A stretch of 64,000 bases of DNA from a candidate division WOR-3 bacterium (GTDB lineage: Bacteria > Hydrothermota > Hydrothermia > UBA1063 > CAJXJZ01): NCBI GenBank assembly GCA_026986775.1, contig JALSNX010000028.1, positions 7,609 to 71,608 on the forward strand, given 5' to 3'. Shown here in pieces: positions 19,071 through 27,355 of this stretch. Under the pieces are notes generated by a model. It did no database searches, was not told where the DNA came from, and worked only from the letters and a program-made list of their open reading frames with translations. The translations under genes and the position numbers were made by a program. The first letter of the stretch is position 1. Every line of letters begins with the position of its first letter.

Positions 19071-19099
19071 ATTATAGAAAACCATGCCTGCACGGTCAA
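19071..19099 (-). promoter_or_regulatory. sigma70-type promoter for the polyamine operon (TTGACC-N17-TATAAT)
   Basis: Minus strand ccTTGACCgtgcaggcatggttttcTATAATaaaatac: near-consensus hexamers with a 17-nt spacer, about 120 nt upstream of speH. Confidence 0.65.
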
Positions 19100-19150
19100 G
19101 GAAACTCTGAAAATACACGTTGTTTAGATCTCAAAAATGGATGTGCGAAT

Positions 19151-20116
19151 TTATTTCGGAAGGCTAACTTTTATACGTTCATGGGTGTAATCCAACTCGC
19201 ACACAGAACATCGCGAAATCAAATGAGAAAGAAGTGTAGAGTCTTTCCCGAGACCTGTTGCAAAGCCTGTCTCTATGGGGTCTACATTTAAAGGATATAT
19301 GCTGTAATGCACTGAGTCTGAGTCAATTTCAACACTGATAAAAGCCCCATTTACACTCCTTGAGTAAGAACCGAATATGAAATTACCAAGAGAATATGCT
19401 ATGAGTTTTCCCTTATATACCTCAACGGGCTGCACTCTATGGGGATGATGGCCATATACAAGGTCTGCACCGTTATCTATACATTTTCGTGCCATTTCTA
19501 TCTGATATTCCTTTGGCGTATCCATTTTCTCTGCACCAAAATGGAATGCTACTATGAGGAAATCAACCTTTTTTCTCATCTTTCGCACCATGGGAAGGAC
19601 ATTGCCGGGATAGCCGGGTGCAATACCGGGCTTTCTCTTTTCAGCATAAAACTCAAGTGGGAAGGTCATGGCAAAATTCAGAATACCTATTTTGAACCCG
19701 TTTTTTTCAAGCACTACTCCTTTTGAGGCATCTTTGAGATTTGCTCCTGCCCCCGCGTAAAAAAGCCCATGGGCTTTTATTGCCCTTATAGTTGAGAACA
19801 TTCCATCTATACCGTAATCAAGCATATGATTATTGGCAAGAAGGAAAACATTCAAACCATGCTTTTTGAACACCTTCATGAACGCTGGAGGGAATTTGTA
19901 AATGTATTTTTTGTTCGGGAATGGAATACCTGTATCCGTTGCAGGTGATTCAAGATTTACCACATTATAATCAGCCTGATTAAGTACACTATCAATATTG
20001 ACAAAAATTGAATCTGGATTTTTTAAAAGTACGTCCGTCACCCAGTTTGCAGGCATGAAATCACCGAAAAGGTTTATCCTTACCAGAGATGCAATAAGCA
20101 GGAAGGCAAAAATCAT
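19151..20116 (-). CDS. CapA/PGA-capsule-family metallophosphoesterase-like protein
   Basis: 321 aa; N-terminal anchor; motifs NLESP, LANNHMLDYG, GHHPHRVQP typical of the CapA (PGA_cap) family. Confidence 0.8.
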   Translation of the reverse strand: MIFAFLLIASLVRINLFGDFMPANWVTDVLLKNPDSIFVNIDSVLNQADYNVVNLESPATDTGIPFPNKKYIYKFPPAFMKVFKKHGLNVFLLANNHMLDYGIDGMFSTIRAIKAHGLFYAGAGANLKDASKGVVLEKNGFKIGILNFAMTFPLEFYAEKRKPGIAPGYPGNVLPMVRKMRKKVDFLIVAFHFGAEKMDTPKEYQIEMARKCIDNGADLVYGHHPHRVQPVEVYKGKLIAYSLGNFIFGSYSRSVNGAFISVEIDSDSVHYSIYPLNVDPIETGFATGLGKDSTLLSHLISRCSVCELDYTHERIKVSLPK

Positions 20117-22197
20117 TTTTTCTCTATTTCTTCAGGTTTAAACGTTTTCTTACATTTCGGGCATCTAAAGTAAACACCTTTTTTGCCTTTTACTTTCTCA
20201 AGAACAGGGTATCCACATGATGGGCATTTAATTGCCACAGGCTCATGACTCAGTGTGAAACGACACTCAGGATAATTGCTACAGGCGTAAAAGGTCTGAC
20301 CTTTCCTGTTTTTTCTTTTTATAAGTTCGCCTCCACAGACGGGACATTTTACACCCGTTTTTTCTGGTTCGTTTAAGGGACGTGTATACTTACACTCTGG
20401 ATAATTGGAACATGCAATGAACTTCCCGTATCTACCCCACTTCACAACTAAAGGTGCACCACACACCGGACACCTTTCATCTATCTCCTTCGTGGCATCC
20501 TCATCCTTAATCTTCTTTATATTTGCTTTAAACTCCTCAAGTTTTACCTTGAGTTTTTCGTAAAACTCCCTTACAATAGACTTCCAGTCAGCCCTGCCGT
20601 TTTCTATCTCATCCAGTTGTTCCTCCATCTTTGCGGTAAAATTTACATCAAACAGGTCAGGAAATCTCGGCACCACCACTTTCTTCACAAGCATACCTAA
20701 TTCTGTGGGATACAGGGTCTTTTTTCTCCTGATAACATACTTCCTCTCTATGAGAGTGGAAATCGTTGGGGCGTAAGTGGATGGTCTTCCCACACCGAGC
20801 TGCTCAAGGGTTTTTATAAGTGTTGCATCGGTGTATCTCGGCGGTGGTTCTGTATGTTTTTCAACTATACTGAGGCTTACTTTATCAACAACATCCCCTT
20901 TCTTCATATCTGGTAAAATAACATCTTCCGGTGTTTTTTTGAGTATACGATAAAATCCATCAAATAATAACCTTGTTCCTTTGCCCTGAAACTTTATATC
21001 ATCATGTCCATGAGGCACTATACTGAAGGTGGTTTCCTGAATTTTCGCACTCTTTGCCTGCGATGCCACTGCCCTGTTCCATATGAGAGTATAGAGTTTT
21101 AAAAGGTCATTGTCTATTTTCCCTGCAAGTTGTTCTGGAGTAAGAAAGATGTCGGTGGGTCGTATGGCCTCGTGTGCACCCTGAACGTTTCTGGACTTAT
21201 CTTTAAACTCCCTTGCAGTTTTCGGAACGTAATCACTTCCATAAATGGACTTTAAAAATGACCTTATTTTTTTCAGTGCTTTCTCTGAGAGCCTCAGTGA
21301 GTCTGTTCTCATATAGGTAATAAGTCCCTTACTCTTCCCATCTATCTCAACGCCTTCATAAAGTCTCTGGGCAAGTTGCATGGTCCTCTTGGGAGAAAAA
21401 CCAAGCAACCTTGATGCATCCTGCTGAAGTGTGGAAGTCTTGTATGGTGGGGGGGGAGCAACATATTTTTCCTTCTCAGTATACTCAGCAACGATGAACT
21501 TGCTATCTTTTATTGCTCTGAGAATCTTTTCAATCTCCTCTTTTGATTCTATCCTCTTCTTTGGCTGATAAACAGCTTCAAATCTGGTTCCATCCTTCTC
21601 AAACACGCCATGAATAACATAGTAAGTTACCTTCTGAAAGGCATTTATTTTTTCTTCTCTCTCGCATATAAGGCGTAATGCCACAGTCTGAACCCTTCCT
21701 GCAGAAAGGCCTTTGGCAATGGCTTTCCATAAAAGTGGACTTATTGTGTAGCCCACGATTCTGTCAAGCGTTCGTCTCGCTTTTTGAGCATTTACAAGGT
21801 TTATGTTTATATCGGTGGGGCTTAGTATGGCGTTTTTTACCTCCTCGGGTGTAATTTCATAGAAAAGTACCCTTTTTATGGGAACATTTTTTACTTTCTT
21901 TTCTATTTCCTCTTTTATATGTTGTGCTATGGCTTCTCCCTCTCTATCGGGGTCACTTCCCAGATAAATCACACTTGCACGGCTTGCCTCTTCCTGTATC
22001 TTTTTTACCACCGGTCTTTTATCTCTCAGCAATATATAATGCGGCTCAAAATCACCATCAAGGTCTATACCCATTTTACTCTTTGGAAGGTCCTTTATAT
22101 GTCCTTTAGACGCAAGTACACTGAAACCGCGCCCAAGATAACCTTTAAGCGTCCTTGCTTTGGTAGGTGACTCTACTATTAAAAGTTTCTTTGCCAT
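20113..22197 (-). CDS. topA: DNA topoisomerase I
   Basis: 694 aa; TOPRIM N-terminus LLIVESPTKA...GSDPDREGE; C-terminal Cys4 zinc ribbons (CPVCGAPL...CSNYPEC, CPVCGGEL...CSNYPEC, CPSCGYPV...CPKC). Confidence 0.96.
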   Translation of the reverse strand: MAKKLLIVESPTKARTLKGYLGRGFSVLASKGHIKDLPKSKMGIDLDGDFEPHYILLRDKRPVVKKIQEEASRASVIYLGSDPDREGEAIAQHIKEEIEKKVKNVPIKRVLFYEITPEEVKNAILSPTDININLVNAQKARRTLDRIVGYTISPLLWKAIAKGLSAGRVQTVALRLICEREEKINAFQKVTYYVIHGVFEKDGTRFEAVYQPKKRIESKEEIEKILRAIKDSKFIVAEYTEKEKYVAPPPPYKTSTLQQDASRLLGFSPKRTMQLAQRLYEGVEIDGKSKGLITYMRTDSLRLSEKALKKIRSFLKSIYGSDYVPKTAREFKDKSRNVQGAHEAIRPTDIFLTPEQLAGKIDNDLLKLYTLIWNRAVASQAKSAKIQETTFSIVPHGHDDIKFQGKGTRLLFDGFYRILKKTPEDVILPDMKKGDVVDKVSLSIVEKHTEPPPRYTDATLIKTLEQLGVGRPSTYAPTISTLIERKYVIRRKKTLYPTELGMLVKKVVVPRFPDLFDVNFTAKMEEQLDEIENGRADWKSIVREFYEKLKVKLEEFKANIKKIKDEDATKEIDERCPVCGAPLVVKWGRYGKFIACSNYPECKYTRPLNEPEKTGVKCPVCGGELIKRKNRKGQTFYACSNYPECRFTLSHEPVAIKCPSCGYPVLEKVKGKKGVYFRCPKCKKTFKPEEIEKK

Positions 22198-23238
22198 TTA
22201 AAAATCCACATCCACTTCTCGTAAATACCTGGCAGCCTCTTCTGGAATGGTGGGGTTGATATGAAGTCCGGAACCCCACTCAAAGCCTGCTATTTTTGTG
22301 ATCCTTGGGACCAATTCTATATGCCAGTGGTAGTCATACTCTATTGTTGACCAGTAATGCGGTCTTCCAGGACGTTCATGGGTGGAAGGTGCTGTATGCA
22401 AAATCATGTTAAATGGCGGGTCATTGAGAACGACCTTTATTCTGTAAAGCATCTGCTTCAGCGCATAGGCTACATGGTAAAGCTCATCATCATTTAAAAG
22501 TGCAAAATCGTGTAAATGCTTTTTGGGAATAAGCCATGTTTCAAAGGGAAAGGAGGAGGCATATGGTTCCCAGATTACAAAGTGTTCGTTTTCCCATACT
22601 ATCCTTTCTCCCAACATTAGTTCCTGAGCCAGTATATCACACATGAGACACCTTTCTTTTCTCTTAAAGTGTTCCTGAGAGGCGGTAAGCTCTGTTGTTA
22701 CCACGGTTGGCACCATGGGAGTTGCTATTAACTGAGAATGGGGATGTTCAAGAGATGCACCTGCTTCTCTGCCATGATTTTTAAAAACAAGAATGTATCT
22801 GAATCTGATGTCCTTTCTCAAATCACGTATCCTTTCCCTGTATGCAACAAGAACATCTTTTATTTCTTCAACACTCCTGTCAGCCATGTGTGAATCATGC
22901 TTGGGTGTCTCTATTATTACCTCATGAGCACCTATACCACTTACCTTGTCAAAAAGTCCTACTCCCTCTCTTTTAAACTCACCTTCTATTCTCAGTGCAG
23001 GGAATTTATTTGGCACAACTCTTACCTTCCAGCCTGAGGTATTGGGTTCTCTATCATTTTTGTCTGTTATCACAAAGATTTCTGGTGGGGTTTTGTCTTC
23101 ATGACCATAGCAAAAAGGGCATAAAGCTCCCTTTTTCTTCTCTTCTTTAGGTATTTTGAAATCATGAGGCCTTCTACCTCTTTCCGTGGCTATAATAGTC
23201 CACCTTATCCTTAAAGGATCATATCTTATTTCTGGCAT
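22198..23238 (-). CDS. galT: galactose-1-phosphate uridylyltransferase-family (HIT-type) nucleotidyltransferase
   Basis: 346 aa; Zn site CPFCYGHE; active-site HPHSQL; physiological substrate not decidable from sequence. Confidence 0.8.
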   Translation of the reverse strand: MPEIRYDPLRIRWTIIATERGRRPHDFKIPKEEKKKGALCPFCYGHEDKTPPEIFVITDKNDREPNTSGWKVRVVPNKFPALRIEGEFKREGVGLFDKVSGIGAHEVIIETPKHDSHMADRSVEEIKDVLVAYRERIRDLRKDIRFRYILVFKNHGREAGASLEHPHSQLIATPMVPTVVTTELTASQEHFKRKERCLMCDILAQELMLGERIVWENEHFVIWEPYASSFPFETWLIPKKHLHDFALLNDDELYHVAYALKQMLYRIKVVLNDPPFNMILHTAPSTHERPGRPHYWSTIEYDYHWHIELVPRITKIAGFEWGSGLHINPTIPEEAARYLREVDVDF

Positions 23239-23239
23239 A

Positions 23240-25279
23240 CTATTCCTCCATTTTCAAACTCACGTTAAATATCTTGTGTTTAAGCGGATAGGTGAATATA
23301 ATACTGCTTCCCTGATACACCATATCCATTCCAGACTCTGACTGGGAAAGAGTGTAAACAGGGTAAACCCATATTCCACATTCCTCTGAACACACAAATT
23401 CTAATTTAATACCAAAATACTCATCTTCTATAACAAGCATATCACCTTTTCCTTCAAACATCTCCGCATTACCATGGTACTCTGCATCTTTTAGCCTGAA
23501 TACAGGTTTTACAAAATGGAGATTGAACTCAACCCCTGAAAGTAAAGTGAATGGTACCCTGCCTTTTGTATTAAGGGTAAAACTCACTGTATTTCCATCA
23601 AGTACAACTTTCTTGGCAACCTCAAATGGATAATTTCCGTTCTCTGTATATATTCCTCCATTTCTGTGAAGATAGATGGTTCTCTTTGCTCTGTCTGTTC
23701 TCAGGTTATACGGCATGTTAACAAAATCTCCCAGTTCTCTGAATTTCATATATCTCAGCATAGAAACGGTAGTATCAGGTGGTAATATATGGAAAAGCAG
23801 GGACCTTCGCTCATACCAGTCATAAACCATTTCCTTTTTGACACGAGAAGACACATACCGTTTAATCTCATGGATTGATTTTGCCTCATCCTGTTTTCCT
23901 TCTTCTTTTACTTCAACATCCTTGTGGTAGTGTTCAAATCTACGCGTAAGTGTGTCCTGAAAATTGATGCCCTTTTCCATGGAGGAAAGTTCATAAATAC
24001 TTCCATCTTTTGCTGTAATGCCTACAGAAAGCTTGCTATTTTTCATATAAACCTCATCATAGCCATCTGCATCCATGTCATCACGCACAAAAATGTCACG
24101 AGAGACCATCTTTTCCGCTGTAAGGAGATTTGAATACACTGCCCTGCGAAGATGTGGAAGGTAAAGCCCACCAAAGACACCATGCCAGTAAGCATCGTTG
24201 GCCTGTCCCCTCATAAGATGCAAAAGTGCCCTGCCCTTTTTGCTTCCCTCATATGAGTTGACCAGATTGGAAACAAAAATCATCTTTTTGTGCATTATGT
24301 TTGCTTCTGTATATTTTACCAGAAAATTCTTCCAGATTCCACCCTTTATAAACATCCTGTTGGCTTCAAACATCCTGTTTTTTCTCAGATAGTCCACAAA
24401 ATCAGTGAATTTAACGGCCACATCTGATGGTAACGACCATTCTCCCATCTCAAAATACGACGACGAGGGAAGATACACCCTGCCCAATGGTTTTCTTTTT
24501 TTCATATATCCTGAATACGTATCCGTCTCTACAAAGTCTGATGCCAGAACCAGCTCAATAAACTCCTTTAACCATCCTTTTTCATAAACCCACTCAAATG
24601 TGCCAGGCCATACGCCAAACTTTTCACCATCATCAAAAATGCATGCAGCATCAGAGGGGGCATTATCCCTTACCCATTTAAGATAATCCATAATTTCCTC
24701 TGGCTTTTTAAAGGGAATGAGATACCTGAGAGTCTGATTAATGGGAAATACTCCTATCTTTTTACCTTCAGACTCCGTATAGTAGTAGCCGAATAGATTC
24801 CTGTCTGATATACCTGCCTGAAGGAAATGGTAATCATCCACAACAACATAGGAAAGCCCTATATCAACAAGCGTCTTCAAAACATCACTTTCAAAAACCC
24901 TTTCCGTAAGCCAGAGTCCTGAAGGTCTTGTTCCAAATTTCTTTTTTATGTATGAAAGTGATTTTTTTATTTGATGACGTCTATCCATCTCCGGAATGGC
25001 AGCAAGAACTGGCTCATAAAACCCGCTTATTACAATCTCAATCTGATTTTTTGCCAGCATTTCTCCAATTATATCCATAAACTCTGGATGCTTGTCCTCA
25101 AAAAACTCCCACAGAGCTCCTGTAAAATGAACGGTGAATTTAAAATCAGGATATTTTCCGGCCACTTCCATGAACGGAAGGTAACTCTTCCTGTAGGCTT
25201 CTTCAAAAACAAAATCAAAATTGCCTACTGGCTGATGGGAATGAAGCCCAAGAAGAAGCGTGACCTTTTTATTCTTCAT
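23240..25279 (-). CDS. GH57 family glycoside hydrolase, 4-alpha-glucanotransferase/alpha-amylase-like
   Basis: 679 aa; GH57 regions LHSHQPVGNF, QIEIVISGFYEP, GLWLTERVFE (nucleophile Glu), IFDDGEKFGVWPG (acid/base Asp). Confidence 0.85.
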   Translation of the reverse strand: MKNKKVTLLLGLHSHQPVGNFDFVFEEAYRKSYLPFMEVAGKYPDFKFTVHFTGALWEFFEDKHPEFMDIIGEMLAKNQIEIVISGFYEPVLAAIPEMDRRHQIKKSLSYIKKKFGTRPSGLWLTERVFESDVLKTLVDIGLSYVVVDDYHFLQAGISDRNLFGYYYTESEGKKIGVFPINQTLRYLIPFKKPEEIMDYLKWVRDNAPSDAACIFDDGEKFGVWPGTFEWVYEKGWLKEFIELVLASDFVETDTYSGYMKKRKPLGRVYLPSSSYFEMGEWSLPSDVAVKFTDFVDYLRKNRMFEANRMFIKGGIWKNFLVKYTEANIMHKKMIFVSNLVNSYEGSKKGRALLHLMRGQANDAYWHGVFGGLYLPHLRRAVYSNLLTAEKMVSRDIFVRDDMDADGYDEVYMKNSKLSVGITAKDGSIYELSSMEKGINFQDTLTRRFEHYHKDVEVKEEGKQDEAKSIHEIKRYVSSRVKKEMVYDWYERRSLLFHILPPDTTVSMLRYMKFRELGDFVNMPYNLRTDRAKRTIYLHRNGGIYTENGNYPFEVAKKVVLDGNTVSFTLNTKGRVPFTLLSGVEFNLHFVKPVFRLKDAEYHGNAEMFEGKGDMLVIEDEYFGIKLEFVCSEECGIWVYPVYTLSQSESGMDMVYQGSSIIFTYPLKHKIFNVSLKMEE

Positions 25280-25291
25280 ATCTTACCTCCT

Positions 25292-27355
25292 TCAGACAAT
25301 CCAGTTTTCCTCAACATCCTCCCGGGATATTAGTCGCAAAATATAGAACCCGCTTGCGGGAAATCTCTCCTGAACAATCTCTTTTACAATAATTTTTATA
25401 GCAAGTGCTACAGTTGTATCATCAAGCATAACCTTGCCAAGTGGGACAGAGCACTCAAATACTTTACCCTTCACACAATCTCCGTATTTTCCTTCAACAA
25501 TTTCAAATATTTTGTGCCCCTCAATATCAAAAAACTCTATTCCAATAATACTTTCCATACTTTCAAGAGATTTTTCGCCTTCCACCCTCAGATAAAGATT
25601 ATTCTCATCTCTTCCAAAGAAGAGTCTTGTAAGCGAGGATTTACCCCTTTGCATTACTCCACCCTGTCCGCTTTCAAGGTCAATAACACCAGCACCCAGC
25701 CATTCAAAGAAGTTGGTTACTTTACCATCAAGAGTAGGAGAAATAAAATCACTCTCCTCCTCTATTACATATGTTCTCTTTCTTGTCACGCGTACTGGTA
25801 CATCAAGAAATCCCGGTACATTTCTGCCCAATTTTCTGTAAATCTCTTTTAGATGCTCTCTAAATAGTACATCAAATGTCTCAGCATAAAACGTGGGATT
25901 GTCATCTCCATACCACCAGAACCAGTCCGAACCTTCAGCATATATAAGCTCCATCTCTGCATGACTTTGCTCTTTTAAACTATCTTTGACTTCGTTCTTT
26001 ACGCGAACCAGGTATTCCCATGCTTTGTTTTTTTCAGGATGTCCTATCCATGTGGTGAAATCTGACCTTATCCATGACCCCGGGTGTAACCTCACAAGTT
26101 TTTTACTTTCATGGTTCAGTAAATCTTCTCCCGTCACAAACTCAACCATACCTGAAGCTTCAAGTGTTGAAAATAGTTTCTTCAAAAAGGGTACTCCACC
26201 GTCTTTATAGTTTTCCCAGGGGTTTTCTCCATCAAGAATAATACTTACAACCTCTCCGCCATGCAACACAATGTTTCTTATCCTGTCCATAAAATAAGAA
26301 ATTGCTTTTTCCTTACTCAATCTGTATAAATCAAAGCCTATGCTATCAGACAGTTCCCTATCTCTAAATAAAATCCTGACACCATTAAACTCATATATTT
26401 TGTAAATTTCTGAGGGAAAGTCTCCATTGCGGATTACGTATCCCAGAGATTTTTCCAGTATACCCTCATCAGTACCCACCCACTTTACATCATGCACCCG
26501 GGCAAGATTAATAAATTTTTCAGAAACACCACCCTCAGCAGGCCACATCCCTGAAGGTCTTTTTTTGAATACGGACTCTATGTAATCCATACCAAGTAAA
26601 AGTTGCCTCTCTGCATTTTTCGGGAACCTCCACCTTGTTTCAGGGAGACGAGTATATGGATTTGAAACTTCTGCACAGGATGAGTCTATAAGTAAAGGTG
26701 AGATCGGATGCGCATAGGGTGTAAATGTTATTTCTATCTTGCCTTCTTCCTGCAATTTTCTATAAAGAGGCACAATACGAGAAAGTAAAGTTTTATGCAC
26801 TTCTAAAACCACAGTCTTGTCTTCCTCGCTGTATCCGTAATCTTTTCTTTTTAACTCACCAAGCTCTGGAAACTCTTTTATTGCATAAACAGAGGTGTTA
26901 TAAAGATAAAACAGAATCTGAAGGTCCCTTATCTCACTCGTGGTAAACCTGCTAACCTTTTTTTCTATATCATAGGGACTACCCCTCTTGTCCAGAAGAT
27001 ACAAATAACGCTTTGAGTTTTTGAGCTTCGTGTTGTAATTTAAAGAAAAGAAGTTTTTCAGAATAAATACTCTCTCTTCAAAAGAAAGTGATTCAGCATC
27101 CTTTTTGAAATGTTGTAGAAACACATCCTCAAAATCGTTATTTATATAATCGTTGAGCTGTTCAATGAGGCTCGGAACAAAATTAATGGTGAGCTTTATG
27201 TTATCAATGTCTTCTATCACACGTGCCACATCGTAATATTCTCTTATTCCGTGCATATAAACCCATGGCATGAGATAAACATTCTTTCCGTCCTTTCTTA
27301 TACGATAAACGGGCTGGTGCATATGAAACAAAAACAGAATCTTTACTTTATCCAT
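25292..27355 (-). CDS. GH57 family glycoside hydrolase, amylopullulanase/alpha-amylase-like (not the branching-enzyme motif set)
   Basis: 687 aa; FHMHQPVYR, GMWPAEGGVSE, ILDGENPWE. Confidence 0.8.
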   Translation of the reverse strand: MDKVKILFLFHMHQPVYRIRKDGKNVYLMPWVYMHGIREYYDVARVIEDIDNIKLTINFVPSLIEQLNDYINNDFEDVFLQHFKKDAESLSFEERVFILKNFFSLNYNTKLKNSKRYLYLLDKRGSPYDIEKKVSRFTTSEIRDLQILFYLYNTSVYAIKEFPELGELKRKDYGYSEEDKTVVLEVHKTLLSRIVPLYRKLQEEGKIEITFTPYAHPISPLLIDSSCAEVSNPYTRLPETRWRFPKNAERQLLLGMDYIESVFKKRPSGMWPAEGGVSEKFINLARVHDVKWVGTDEGILEKSLGYVIRNGDFPSEIYKIYEFNGVRILFRDRELSDSIGFDLYRLSKEKAISYFMDRIRNIVLHGGEVVSIILDGENPWENYKDGGVPFLKKLFSTLEASGMVEFVTGEDLLNHESKKLVRLHPGSWIRSDFTTWIGHPEKNKAWEYLVRVKNEVKDSLKEQSHAEMELIYAEGSDWFWWYGDDNPTFYAETFDVLFREHLKEIYRKLGRNVPGFLDVPVRVTRKRTYVIEEESDFISPTLDGKVTNFFEWLGAGVIDLESGQGGVMQRGKSSLTRLFFGRDENNLYLRVEGEKSLESMESIIGIEFFDIEGHKIFEIVEGKYGDCVKGKVFECSVPLGKVMLDDTTVALAIKIIVKEIVQERFPASGFYILRLISREDVEENWIV

